A stretch of 64,000 nt of DNA from the human T2T-CHM13v2.0 reference genome, Homo sapiens. The position numbers and the translations under genes are program-made. The stretch lies in assembly GCF_009914755.1 (NCBI RefSeq), contig NC_060948.1, one strand, 5' to 3'. Below the pieces are notes generated by a model that was not told where the DNA came from, did not search any database, and was given only the letters and a program-made list of their open reading frames with translations. Shown here in pieces: positions 32,112 through 45,633 of the stretch. Numbering within the stretch: the stretch's first letter is position 1; every line of letters begins with the position of its first letter.

Positions 32112-32116
32112 TGTGT
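32080..32116. repeat. (TG)n(CG)n(TG)n alternating purine-pyrimidine tract
   Basis: Direct reading; 37 nt of uninterrupted alternation. Confidence 0.92.
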
Positions 32117-34274
32117 CGCGGCGGGGCTGGGGGTGGGGAAGCAATTGGAAGCAAGTCGAAGTAATAGTGTATGTACACGTTTCCCCCTTTCTTGCCTTTG
32201 TCTAGTTCATCATAGAGAGAGCGCGGACCGTGTGCGGGCCGTCTTGACGAAAGAACCGAGAGATGGATGCGCTAAGGTCTAAAGATACCTTTCTCCCTCG
32301 ACTAAATTAAGAATTGCTGCGGCAGTTCCCAAAAGCTGAGTCCCGCTGCAGCTGCCAGGTCGCCACACTCGCCAAGCGGCGAGGGAGCGCCTTTGCCTAC
32401 CAGGCCGGAGAACCCTGTTCTTCAGTCGCCTTGGCAGGGGCAGCCCCTCCTTCTGGCAATGATGTCAGCTGCAGAGAGGCTTGGCCCGGCCGATGGGAAG
32501 CCGAGCGGCGAGTCCGACCCGCAAGCACGAGCAGCCCTGCCCCGCGCGCTCCCTGCGCGCAGCCGCCCTCGTGTCCCTTCGGCCCCTCCTGGGTCCTGGC
32601 TCGCAGCCCCCCCCCTTCCAGTCCCTCGCTCCTCAGAGGCGCGCTAAGGCGCCAGAGGCGGGGGTGGCCACTGCTGGCGGCCCGCCGCCGGTTTTAAACC
32701 CGGGGTTCAAACCCAGATTTGGGGTCTTCCCTCCTCCATTTCCTCCTTTCCTCCGCGCCCCAGCTCTCTCCCTTTTTCAGCTTGCACCTTCACTATTCAC
32801 AGTGACTTTACTTATTTAGCAACATTTTAGAGGGCAAGTGTTCCAGATGCAATAATAGTAGTAACTGGTGTTAAATTTCTGCTGTTTTCTCTCCCCTCGG
32901 GTGATAAAAAAGATGTGAAGAACGCCTCTTTAAAAAAAAAACCCCCGTGGCTGCTGCTTCGCCTGTCACAGAGCAAGCTCTCTAGAAGGCGGGGAGGGTC
33001 ATCTTTCCCACAAAATTGTGAGGTGGGGGAGGGTTTGTAACCTTAGGCGAAAGCGCAGGCTGGGGAATCCCCTTCACAGAAAGAAGAAACTGCAAATTGG
33101 AAGTTGCGGAAAGGCTCTATCCACTACTGCCATAGGGGAGAGACCACCATGCTCTTTATTTAGAGACCCGCGCTCCAAATTGGGATGATGCAGGAATAGG
33201 TTTCTTTAAGACGGAAGCCCGCTGCGGCTTCCCTTTTGAGCTTGCTCTTATAGTCCTAAGGAGCAAGCCCCTGCTTTGCCAAATTGGAGGCTAATCTGTT
33301 TTCCTGATTGCGGACAATTCCTTCTTTAGCTTTGGTAGAAGGGCCGCAGAATGCAGTTGGAGAAGGTTGCACAGGGCAAGAGGGAGGGGCAGAGGCAGGG
33401 CGTGTAGAGGCAACTGGCGCCTGGAGCAGAATTTACCTTCCAAAGGAAAAAATCTTCAAGGGGTGTCGCAACAAACTGCTTACTTACTGTGTTTTGGTTT
33501 GGACGCAGGTGAGAGATGTGGGCAAAGGGAGCAGGAGCAAAGAATTACTCTGTTTTGTAAAAGTAGGATTCTTCCCCCTTCCTTTTCTTCTTCCCTTTGA
33601 TGAAAAGCTTCCCTTTCATGACGTATAGCTGGCAGCAAACTTAAAGTTGCTGTGCGTCTGAAATACAGGAATGGGAAAGAAACTCCGACCAAGCATAAAA
33701 CACACTCATTTTCTAGAGCTCAGTCATTTGCTAAGGGTTGAAATAAACTGTGTACCCCCACTCCCTGCCCCTTCCCCCTGGCTCCTTGGCCTTTTTGTCA
33801 CCGGACTGGATTCTGAAGGACGTCCAGGTAATGCTGGGTTTCAGCAGCTGAAAGGCCTGGCAGAAGGGATTGCAGGTTTCACATTCTTCCTTCTCTTGGT
33901 ATTCAAAACTTTATTTATTTATTTATTTTTTGCGAGATAAAAATTCTTGATAGAGAGCTTCCAGACTGCTGGTGGCAGGGAAGCAATCTGGTTAAGAGAT
34001 TCAGAAAGCAGAAAATTCTTTTTCTCTGCGCAAGCAGTCCACAACAGCCTTTAGCTAGGATTTATAAGATTCTTGGTGGAGCAAGGCGAGGCACATCGAC
34101 AAGGAGAGTTTATATAAGCCACTGGCCTTGAGGTACATTGAAAAAATATGTATGGCAGCCACGTTTTCTTAGTGGGAAAGAAAATTATTCAGGGAATGAA
34201 ATTTTGAAGGCTAATTCTCTCCAAGAATCTTGCTTCACATAATTTAAAGGAGGTGTCATCCCTGTATTTGTTCA

Positions 34275-34500
34275 CTGAGGAGTCCACAAACTTTAATTAG
34301 TCACCTACTGTGCCAGACAATGTGCTAGGCTCTAGGAATACAAAAGAGAGTATGACAAACATGGCATGGGCCTCTTTGAGCCATGACACTCTTATAGATC
34401 TAGGATACGATGTGATAAATGATGTAATTGAACATAATGGAGAGAGGAATTAATTTTTGTTAAGAGGTTGAGAAGAGGTTCATAAAGGAGAGAGAGGTCT
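34275..34500 (-). mobile_element. LINE-2 3'-end fragment
   Basis: 'cacctactgtgccagacaatgtgctaggctctaggaataca' is typical of the antisense L2 tail. Confidence 0.65.
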
Positions 34501-37500
34501 GTGGCTTTAAAAATAGTCATTCCTAGTCAGTGGCTAGCCAAGAAATGTATCTGGAAGGTCATGACCTGCACAGAATAAGTAAGGAAGGGCATGAGGGCTT
34601 GGTGTCTTGTTACAAAGTTTAGAGGTATATGTGTGTTTTGTAGACCTAGAACATCTTTGAATATTTTTTTCCAGCAAATTCGTTAAAGTAACAACAATAA
34701 AATAGCCTGAGAAAATTGGGCAATAGATAGCACACAGTAGAAATATTATTGTTGTTTGCATTTAAATGAAGAATTGAATACATTGATGTATTACAGTAGA
34801 GACTGGAAGCAAATATGTTAAGAAGATAATGTAACATCCAGAAAAGAGGACTAATGAAAGAATAGGGCCTAAAGCTAATCAGTATAACTAAGAAAGAAAA
34901 GAAGGCTACTTTGGGGAATAAAATTTCTCTTTAGGCACCATCATGTATCCACTCAGATCTTTTTACTCATCTCACTTTCCCCATCCAGACTTCGAAAAAT
35001 TCCCCATCTTCCATCTATCCAGTAAACTCCCTTTGTCCTGGGGAGACCCCCACTCCTTCAGCCACTTTCAAGCACATTCATCTTCACCTCACCCCATTTT
35101 CTACACACATCCCTGCATCATCTCTGAACCTTACATCATGTAACATTTTACCCACTTCAGCCTTCTTTCTACAACCAGTTAGAGCCTCTTAATCTTGTCT
35201 TTTTCCTCCCTTTAGGCACTAACAAATAGCTCTATCTTGCTTCTTTTTCCTCCTCTAAGTCAGGTATTCCCCGCCCCTTTCCCATGCATTAATTATCCTG
35301 CTAATTTGTCCATTCATTTCCCCCTTTTACATCCTCCTCCCCCTTAGCCACCTTGCATTCTCCTATCTTTCATTGACCTCAAAGAAGCTAAGGGGAAAGA
35401 AAAGCCACTCTACTTTAAACTTGCTTAGATTTGCCAAATTTTCATCATCAAGGTTTCTTCCTTTCTGTGTCTTTTGCTGTTTTAGTTCACACAAGACTTT
35501 TAGTGGAATTCCTTCAATTTGTTATATATTTTTATTATGCCTGCAAATGTCTGTTTTCCTTTGGTTGTGGCTGGGGATTCAAATATTTTACTTTGGGGAG
35601 TATTTCCAACCTTTCTGAAGTTCTCACTGACACACTCCTGACACTGTTTCGCTGCATCCCATCCTTTCTGCTGTATTCTCTTCCCATGGGTAATTCCTTT
35701 TATATTTTCAGTGAAATTCTTTCTTATTTTTATTCCCTCCTCCCCCCCTCCTCCTTTTTTTCTTTTTGCTTTGTGGGATTGGTACAGTGGCTCAAGTTTA
35801 AATATTTTGAGAAGGGACCCCCCTCAGCAGACCCCCTCAGCCCACACACAGGATTTTAAAGCCTGTGTCAACGTGTGTTCATGTCAACATACAGTTACCA
35901 ATCTTCAGAGGCAAAGGAACCCCTGTTTGTTTTATTTTAACTGCACTCTTAGAAAATTCTTTTTCTGTGTGTATGGTAAAGGTGCAATTCTCATATCGTT
36001 GTTCTCTCTACATTCAGTGGAATTGATTCAACATCGCTGGGAATTGGGAAGGGAAGAAAGAGTATGCTGTAAAAATACATTTTTCATCAAAGACATATAT
36101 ACATGTTACGTTTGGGAAAAATAAAATACTTGGGAACATTTAATTGGATTGACTTTATATTACAACATTCCAAATTACATGTCATTGTCTGAGCAGAGTT
36201 CTATTATTTGAAGACTTTATTGATCATTCAGTGTCCAGAATGAAGAAAACTAGGTAAGATGTCTTGATGTTCCAAACTGGCTTGCTATGTTCAAATTGAT
36301 CATATTTGAAATGGTGTTATTTTTCAATAGAAGTTCTTCACGAAGGCATCATCTCTAAAATGTGGTTATCTTTTCTTAGGAGAAAACATCAAATGACCTA
36401 TGTGTCATGGTCCCTTAAGATTTATTCTCTATGCAAGGTTAATTGTAAAATAAAAGTTTATCAGATAGAGAAAACTATTTTAGGGTGAAACTGTCTTTTG
36501 ATATTCAGTTACATCTGGGGAAACACTGCATTCTCATTATCAAACAGCACCAAAACGTGGGAAAAAGAGTATTTTTCAATTACTGTTTTGAATTTGAGGA
36601 GTAGTTTGCCAGAAATTATAGATGTACCTGTTATCCTTTTGCAATCTAAAAATCCTCAACTGTTCAAGGATTTAAACTGCCCTTTTAATTGTCTCTAATG
36701 TGTTATGCACTGGATTAATATAATACATTTTAAGACAAAGAACATCAGTGGCTACAATTTTTGTTTCCAGCCCAAATCTGAAAGAATGATTTTTGTACAC
36801 CTAATCTGCTCATCTTGAACGTGTAGATTTGGGTAAATAGGAGGAAAGATAAATGAAAGGAGAGAATAAATTCTGGAAGAATATATTTCTCTGTTCAATA
36901 AAAACTGTTTTAATAATCTAATATAACTTTTAGCATGACAATGATAAAATTAATTTGCTGATGGATTTTAATTAAACTAAAGGAAAATTCATTTCTTTTA
37001 AAAATCCTTAAGTGATTAGAGTGCAAATTGAGATTTTAGCTAATTATATAATTCAGTTACTATCATCACATAAAATGAAATTAAAAGATTGTTTTCTGTC
37101 ACCTTTATTTTGATTCATTCTTTAACTCCTTCAATATGTATAGTATTTTATATTTTTATATCATTTAAAAAGTTATATTAGGATCATAAAAATTTTTTGA
37201 GTAGAAAAAGAAGGCATGGTTATACCCATTTTGTCAATGGGGAGACTGAAGTTCCCGCTGATGAAATCAGCTCCCTAAGAATTTCCAGAATTAAGAGGGG
37301 AAGCTTCAAGAGGATTGATGGTCTTTAGTCTCCAAGCCAGGTCTTTTCCCAACATCCCTTCTTGCCTCTTTTTTATTTTTGAGTATATGTTGTCAAAGTT
37401 CTGAATGTAAAAAGCAAAAATCTATGTGTCTTGGATTAAAAAATAAAATTTCAAAGACAAGTATATTCAAATATATTAAAATAAGTTTTTCAGTTAATTT

Positions 37501-39440
37501 TCTACTAGCATTATATTCTCCTATTTAGTGTCTTTTTGCACTAAGCTTTGTAAACATTATATGATATTAAATAAAATGGTAGAACTATTGAAATGTTAAC
37601 AGTACATGCTTATATGCTTCTTCCATTTTGTTTACAAAAATAATTTAAATTATGACCCATCATAATGACAGTCCCTAAAGTTTGAGTTTACTTAATGTAG
37701 CAAATGTTTAGTCCTATATCCTACTATCCTACTGTCATTTTTTTAGAACACCTGTATTTTTACATAAGATTTATTTTAGGGGATGTTTGCCAATGATTTT
37801 TAGGTAGTGTTTTTTTTCCTGACATGACATTTTGGAAGCAACATATCTTTGGTAATCAGTTGAGTGTGGGTTTGTATCATATCAACCGAAAGGATATTAA
37901 GCCCCCAAAATTCAAATCGTTGTTTGTTGTCTTCAGATTACAAACTCATTTCAGGTACAGTGAGAGCAGGGGTTTATTTAAATTGTGTGAACACAAGGTC
38001 TTTTATGATTTATGTTTTATTAGTGTCTAGAGAGTGACCTTGGGCAAAAACCTTCACCTCCCTGGACTTCAATTTCCCCAAAAGTAAAATGAAGGAATTG
38101 TAAGTTACTTCAAGGCCCTTTGCAAAGGGAAAAAAAAATCCTGTGATATTTTACAAAAAGCAGTAGACATCTAGGACATTCTTTCCTTGTCCCTTGGCTC
38201 TGCACGTATTATCAATTTGACTGTATTGATTCATTAACCATCAATAACTAAAAACCTATGGCTTGTCCAGCATTGCAATACTTTAAATGTTAAGGGTGGC
38301 CCTTAAAGAAATTTTGGAGAGTTCTGTCTTTGAAAAGCTTATATTCTAATAGGGCTAAAACAATGAACAACAACAACAACAAAGTAATATATAGTCACAT
38401 TAAATTGAATTCAACAAATATTCGTTGTCACTCTACATTACAGTACACCAAGTATAGTGCAGGTTTTATAGACTCTGAAAGTGGAAGGGACCGGAAAGAT
38501 AATTTAGTCCAAACCCCTCATTTTACAGATAAGAAAAGGAAGGCTCAGAGATGAGATATGAGTGCTACAGGAGTTCATGTAAGGTATTGGGTGATAGCAT
38601 GAATTAATTTATTCCACAAACATACTTGTTCCCTGCTTTCCAACGTGTTTAGAATTTTAAAACACCATCATGTAGGGCTTTTTAATTACCTTTGCTCAAA
38701 TTTAATAATAGTATCTTATCAGAAAGTTAAATGTATCCAAAACTTGTTTGTTTTTTGTTGCAGTAAACAATTTCCCACTCTGACTCAGATCTAGAAAATA
38801 CTGTTTCCCAAATTTTGTATTGAATAGAGATTATTAAAAGCACCTGTATTGTGCATATTATGTTATAAAACATAAAAAATGATGTTTTGATATGGAAAAC
38901 AAGTGAATGGATTCAAGTATCAATGCATTATTTTATTTTTTTAAAAAAATGACTGGAAAAGCCCATTTACTTAAAATGGCTAGAAATATACATTCCTGGA
39001 AGGATGGTTTTATTTTTATAAATGCATATTTACTCTAAATAGTTAAGTACACATTTCCTTTAAGTTTTAAATATAATCTGGGGAAGATTTTGAGTGCATT
39101 CTCTAAAATTTGATGTTTGCTACATAATCTCATTCTCTATGCCAGGGCATATGTGCGTTTGTTAGGGAGTATGGGTCAGGCAAACGTAGGCAGGAAAATT
39201 ATGCCAAAGCAAAGCTTTCCCTTCTTTCCTGAGTAATCGTAGACTGCTTTATTTTACTTTGTGACAGAGGAAGAGGGGAGGAGAAAGGAAATCAAATAGA
39301 GAAGAAAGAGAACTACCAGAGCGTTGGATGATAGGGCCTGATTTTCTCTTCAGTGTGAAATATGGAAGCTTTTTGAAACTGCCTTGGATAGCTTGTCTCT
39401 TTTACTTCTCATATTATATATTTAGAATACCTTAAGTGTT

Positions 39441-39768
<328 letters not shown>

Positions 39769-40371
39769 TTATTTGATGGTTGTTTGCTAGGTTGTGAGAA
39801 TCAAAATCTTCCAAAACATGAATACATTAAATTTTTTTAAAGAGAGGCTTAAGAATAGGTAATACACACACCAAACACACAAACAGGACAAAACCTTTAC
39901 ATGAGAGCTCCTCAGGCAGAATTTCCTTTGCCTTTCTTTTTAGATCGGGAAAGAATTTGCTCAGTTTGTCAGTGACGTTTTACCCTTCAGTCTGCCTCCA
40001 CAGTTCTTAAAGCTTTCCTTGTCTGCAGCCTTTCTTAGTCCATGAATTCAGTTTTAGCATCCATAAAATAAAGCAGTTACAATATGTGCTGGCCATTTTA
40101 TAATGGCCATGAGTGCAAAGCAGGATTACTTAAGAAAGAGCATTTGAATTCACTGAAAGTCACAGACATTCTGAATGCCTCAGAACTGCATACAGGAGTA
40201 AACAGATATGGGAATATAAGGCTAATGTTCAAAACTTGGATAGCTGGCATATATAACAGAATCAAAACACTTTAGAAAGAAATAGAACCAATATACAATT
40301 ACTAATCAATCAGCATCACTGCTAACGACTTGTTATTTTAAACTCCAGTTTCTAGGAAATTACATTCTATT

Positions 40372-40535
40372 CCTGTGCTTCTCAAACTATAATGTGCAGA
40401 CAGATCATCTAGAAATGTTAAAATGCAGATTCTGATTCAGTAGATTCTAGGTGAGGCTGAAATTCTGCATTTCTAACAAGCTCCCTGTACACATGGAAGC
40501 TGCTGCCCCTCAAACTACAGTTATCCAAAAGGCGC
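40372..40535. mobile_element. MER5A/B relic
   Basis: 'ttctcaaact...gttaaaatgcagattctgattcagtag...ctgcatttctaacaagctccc'. Confidence 0.75.
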
Positions 40536-41728
40536 TGATCCATAGTCTGGTAAACAAGCATGATAAAGATGAAGTAAGCCAAGGGTAACAGGATTTCTTA
40601 AAAGAAAAAAGAAACAATTTAGGTATGTGCAATGGATGAAAGTTTTAAATTCAACTAGATTTACAATTATTTGCATTTAGAGGTTAAATTTGATTTTAAC
40701 CTTTGGTGTGACTATATTGGTTGAAACTGTAGTTCAGAATAACAACCAGTTGCTTGTCCATTTTGCAGTCAAATCTATTTCATGGACACTTTGTACATAC
40801 GATTATACCATTTCAAAAATGAAAACCATTCGTCATACAGTGTCAATGGTGTACCAATATCTTAAAATCTTTTTAAAGAAATCCAAAAGCTGTGAGAAGT
40901 CTTAGTATAGTATAGACCCCTAAAGATATTGGTTTGTAAAATATCAGAATTGAACATATCAGCTAATCATTCAGATTTTAGAGTGGAATATCCAATTAGA
41001 TTTTCATTTACCTAATTTGAAGAACTTCTTTTTATTTTCTTATTAGTCACATTTTGCAGAACAACAACAGCAACAACGAAAGACACTTGGTAGAGATTAT
41101 TTTGTATTTGCTGTCTCAAAATAAAAGTCCTCAAAGTGGGAACAAAGGTAAATTAGACACCATGCTAACCACTTTCCTCACAACTAGACTTTTATCTTAG
41201 AATACAGCCGAATAGTCACTTAATCTAAGTGAAACTTTCATTCATTATTAGTTTAGGAAAACTTTCATAGTTCTCATTTCTTTATGTGCAGCTCAGAAAC
41301 AGTATCAAGTTAAAACACATGACATTGAAAGCAACCATTGAAATAAGTGTAAATGTTTAAATTGTGCTTGCTAGGAGACACGGTATAGTTCTAGCAGGGT
41401 TAGGAAAACAACTGAAAGTTTTCACTTCAGCGTTGGAATTCATGTCTTAATTGTACCATTGAGATTCAGAAGCCATCACCTTCCCGATGAAACTGTACTA
41501 GTCTTTTCTAAGCTCTGATACTTACAGGAACAGCAAAGTCTGTTTAGTGGTAATAATTTGAGGATCTCAGTGAGATAAAGGGCCAATTGGATTAAAATGT
41601 TCTTGTAAGTGCTAAATGAACTTGAGTGTCTGCCAAAATTGCCTTGGATTTCATTACTCTTAACATTACTTAATAATGTTAAGCTAGCGCCCACGTGGGT
41701 ATGAACCCCAATCTTGCTAACAGTTTTC

Positions 41729-42113
41729 TGTATTGGTCTGTTCTTGCATTGCTATAAAGAACTACCTGAGACTGGGTAATTTATAAAGAAAAAAGGTTTA
41801 ACTGACTCACAGTTCTACAGGCTGTATAGGAAGCATGGCTAGGGGAGGCCTCAGGAAACTGACAATCATGGCAGAAGGCTAAGAGGAAGGAGTCACGTCT
41901 TATATGGCCAAAGCAGGAGGAAGACGGAGCAGGTGCAGGTGCCACACACTTTTAAACAACCAGAACTCGTGAGAACTCACTCACTATCACAAGAACAGCA
42001 AGGGGAAAATCCACCCCCATGATCCTATCACCTTCCACCAGGCCCCTCCTTCAACACTGGGGATTAAAACTGGACCTGAGATTTGGGTAGGGACCCGAAT
42101 CCAAACCATACCA
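41729..42113 (-). mobile_element. MSTA-like ERVL-MaLR solo LTR
   Basis: 'tgtattggtctgttcttgcattgctataaagaactacctgagactgggtaatttataaagaaa' to 'atccaaaccatacca'. Confidence 0.88.
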
Positions 42114-42337
42114 TTTAAGCATAGACTGTTTCCATGTACCTAATGGGGCACGTATAGCAGCCAAAATACCCTATATCATTTTAGGGTTTTTTTTTTTTTT
42201 TTTTTTTGAGAGGGAAAATCCAAAATATACAAAAAGGAAAAGAAATATAAGAATCAAGACAAAATAAACAGATAGCAAAACATCTTCATACTCTATTATC
42301 AAAGAATAGAGAAGAAAACTTACTCTATGGTAAATAG

Positions 42338-42653
<316 letters not shown>

Positions 42654-45265
42654 TCATGTTTTAAGACAATGAGAAACAATTGAGTTAATTTACAATGGCA
42701 TTAAAATAAAAAATCATATGTAATTAAATACATGCCAAAAATCAGACTATCTCAGACTCATAACTGGAAAAAATATGAAATAATTTCTTGGCCTGATCCA
42801 GCAAATATTAGAATGGTTCAAAATATTAAACAAAATAATGATGTCAGACTATTCCAATTCAGTTTCATAACTTTAAGTCATTTATATTTCCAGCTTCAGA
42901 ATCAATTTGAGTAGATCTTAGAATGAGTTTAATTACAGGAAAATATTACATAACTGGATGAAATTTTAATCATAAATCACAGACTTGAAGAATAGATTTT
43001 AAAGAGATGGCAGTGAAGGTTGAGCAATATTAGCCAGAAGACAATACTGTATAATACATACTAAATGTCTAAGTACTTACAATTGCTAATAATATGATAG
43101 GATCACAAAAGAATTAGTAAGAACTTTAAAGGAAATGGATTAATTATATTCATTAGAAAAAAAATTACAATTCTCAGTTACAATTAGGTTCCAGGATAAG
43201 GACTGACAACTCAAATAAGCATCATGATTCAGAGAAATGGAAGACACTTTGAGAACATGATATACAGTATTTCCTTTACAATATCATTACACTTTTTATA
43301 TTTTTATATCCTATGCCAATGATAGCAACTATTAGGTCGAAGCAAAAATAATTGTGGGTTTTCCCATTAATAGATCACCCAAGAACATGCTTTGGTTGTA
43401 ACTGAAACTACTAAGTTTTTGAAACAGGTAAACTAAAAATCAAAGCAGATTTATCATGAAACTTAACACAAAAACTAAACAAAATACTGGAAATAGCACT
43501 TTGCAGTAACTACTAAAAGCAATATCACTAATATCACAGATTTTACTATGTAAATAATTACATTATCACTTTTAAATTGCTTTCATTGCATTTTAGGGTA
43601 CTCTGGCAGATTTTTTTTCATCTGAATCTCACAACAGTTCTGTGAAACAGGTATTGCATATATTATATATTTTTAACATATGAGGAAAGAGGCAAGACAA
43701 ATTTTTCTATTCTTAAAATCACATACCTTTTAGGTGTCAGAGACAATAATAGATCCTTGTTCTTATCCCTGGAATAATATTTGTTTTATCAGCTAATATA
43801 TGCACCAATTTATTAGGTTCAAATATAATTAAGGATATATATTAAATAACAATTTAGAATATATTATATTTACTTTTTTAGAAGTTTTAAATTTGTACTA
43901 CAGAGTTTCAGTGAGCACTTATTGAATCTTATTCGGCAAAACTATTGTAATATCCCTGGCTTTAGTAATTTAAAACATGTATTAACATAACTATACAATT
44001 ATACAGTAGTCAATAGTGGACTAGGAAATAAGGATGTTATCAGATTGAACAAGAAAGGAATACTAAGTTGGAAAACAAGTTAGGATTTGGTTCTATTTTC
44101 AAATAATTTCGGAAACCAGAGTCAAACTTCAAAGGATTGTCTTCTCTGTGAAGATAAAAATATTTGAAATAATAGGTCTAGAGGGAGAGTATTTGGGAGC
44201 AAAAAGGAAAATTATGGCTATGGGTTGGCTCAGATATAGACTGTTAATAATACACTAAGGTGTATTACTCTGGCTAAGTACTGGTAATGCTTGATCACAG
44301 AACTTTGGTAGGTTTCAAGTTTCTAATTTTATTTGAATTACATTCAAGCATTTCCGTAATAGAGTTCTGTAATAGTAGTTAACCATGTGGGGTGAATAGG
44401 TTTATCCACTGAGCTCATACTTTGTTTTCCATTGGAAGAACTAGATTATTAGAAACTATTACAAAAATATATTTTGCTGTTAGAGAAGCAAACCCTGTTT
44501 AGTTTCTTTAGTGAATACCATGAGTTAATTAGTAGACTTAAAAATATAAATGATGACACATATTGTGCTGAAGTGCCACCGAATATAAGAAAAACACTAT
44601 CCTTTTTGTAAAGTTTCCTTAAAACTACAGTTCTACATAAAGGTGATATTTATTCGTGAATGTTTTCTTGAAAGAAGCCTTTACATATAACCATTTAACA
44701 CTTCAAACAACCCTGCGGATTAGCTGGAGCAGACATTTTTAGCCTCCCTTTCTTTTGTCCATTTCTGTTTTTCAAATGAAGAATTGAGCTACTAGTCCAG
44801 ATTAGCTAAATGGCTTGCCTAAAGTCATCGTCAATTTAGTTAGGAGTAACTTAAGATTCCATGAGCTTTTCACCATTGCCATGTAGACTGAGTTACTGGT
44901 GGTAGATAATTTAACCTAGGAATTATGTAGTGATTTGAGATTTTTAATAAAGGAAGGAAAAGAGAGGAAATGTTTCTCAGATATAGAATCTAGGTTAGGG
45001 ATAACATTTCTTTGCAGAAAAAAATACAAATTGTGATGAGATATTCAGATTCTACTGAATTAGCAATACACTGAGGTAAATCATGACTAGCAACGTTTTG
45101 ATGAAAATATACTTGTTTGCTGTTGGGGTATTCATTCTGTTCTCATTATTAGTGGCTCCAAATGAAGAAAGTAGGAATTATTGTAGTGAAATGCATGTCC
45201 CTAGGCATTCTATAATAACCTGGAATTTCTAGTTTATTTGATTTTCCTGTTTTTACTTAGGAAGG

Positions 45266-45633
45266 TGATATGGTTTGGCTCTGTGTCCCCACCCAAATCT
45301 CAGCTTGTAGCTCCTATAATTCCCACGTGTTGTGGGAGGGACCTGGTTGGGGATGATTGAATCATAGGGGCGGGTTTTTCTATGCTGTTCTCATGATAGT
45401 GAATGGGTATCATGATATCTGATGGTTTTAAAAATGGGAGTTTCTCTGCACAACCTCTTTCTTTGCCTGCTGCCATCTATATAAGATGTGACTGGCTCCT
45501 CCTTGCCATCTGCCATGATTGTGAGGCTTCCCCAGCTACGTGGAACTGTGAGTTCTCCATTAAACCTCTTTCCTTTGTAAATTGCCCAGTCTTGGGTATA
45601 TCTTTATCAGCAATGTGAAAACAGACTGATACA
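45266..45633 (+). mobile_element. THE1C/D-like ERVL-MaLR solo LTR
   Basis: 'tgatatggtttggctctgtgtccccacccaaatctc' to 'aaaacagactgataca'; perfect 5-bp TSD gaagg. Confidence 0.92.

Larger units (their letters stand above)
29400..32760 (+). promoter_or_regulatory. PCDH11Y: CpG-island promoter region of PCDH11Y, in several GC-rich blocks
   Basis: Sharp rise in GC and CpG over the AT-rich background; GC boxes; no interspersed repeats recognised; contains a consensus first splice donor. Confidence 0.88.

Noticed and set aside
28711-33940. Many 60-135 aa ORFs across the CpG island
   Set aside because: They overlap on both strands, are rich in G/P/R/A low-complexity sequence, mostly start at non-ATG codons and show no recognisable domain; expected from stop-codon scarcity in GC-rich DNA.
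33446-34500. Additional cryptic exons (donor CAG|GTGAGA near 33508; L2-derived segment ~34280-34496)
   Set aside because: Splice-site pairs are weak or ambiguous and cannot be supported without junction reads.
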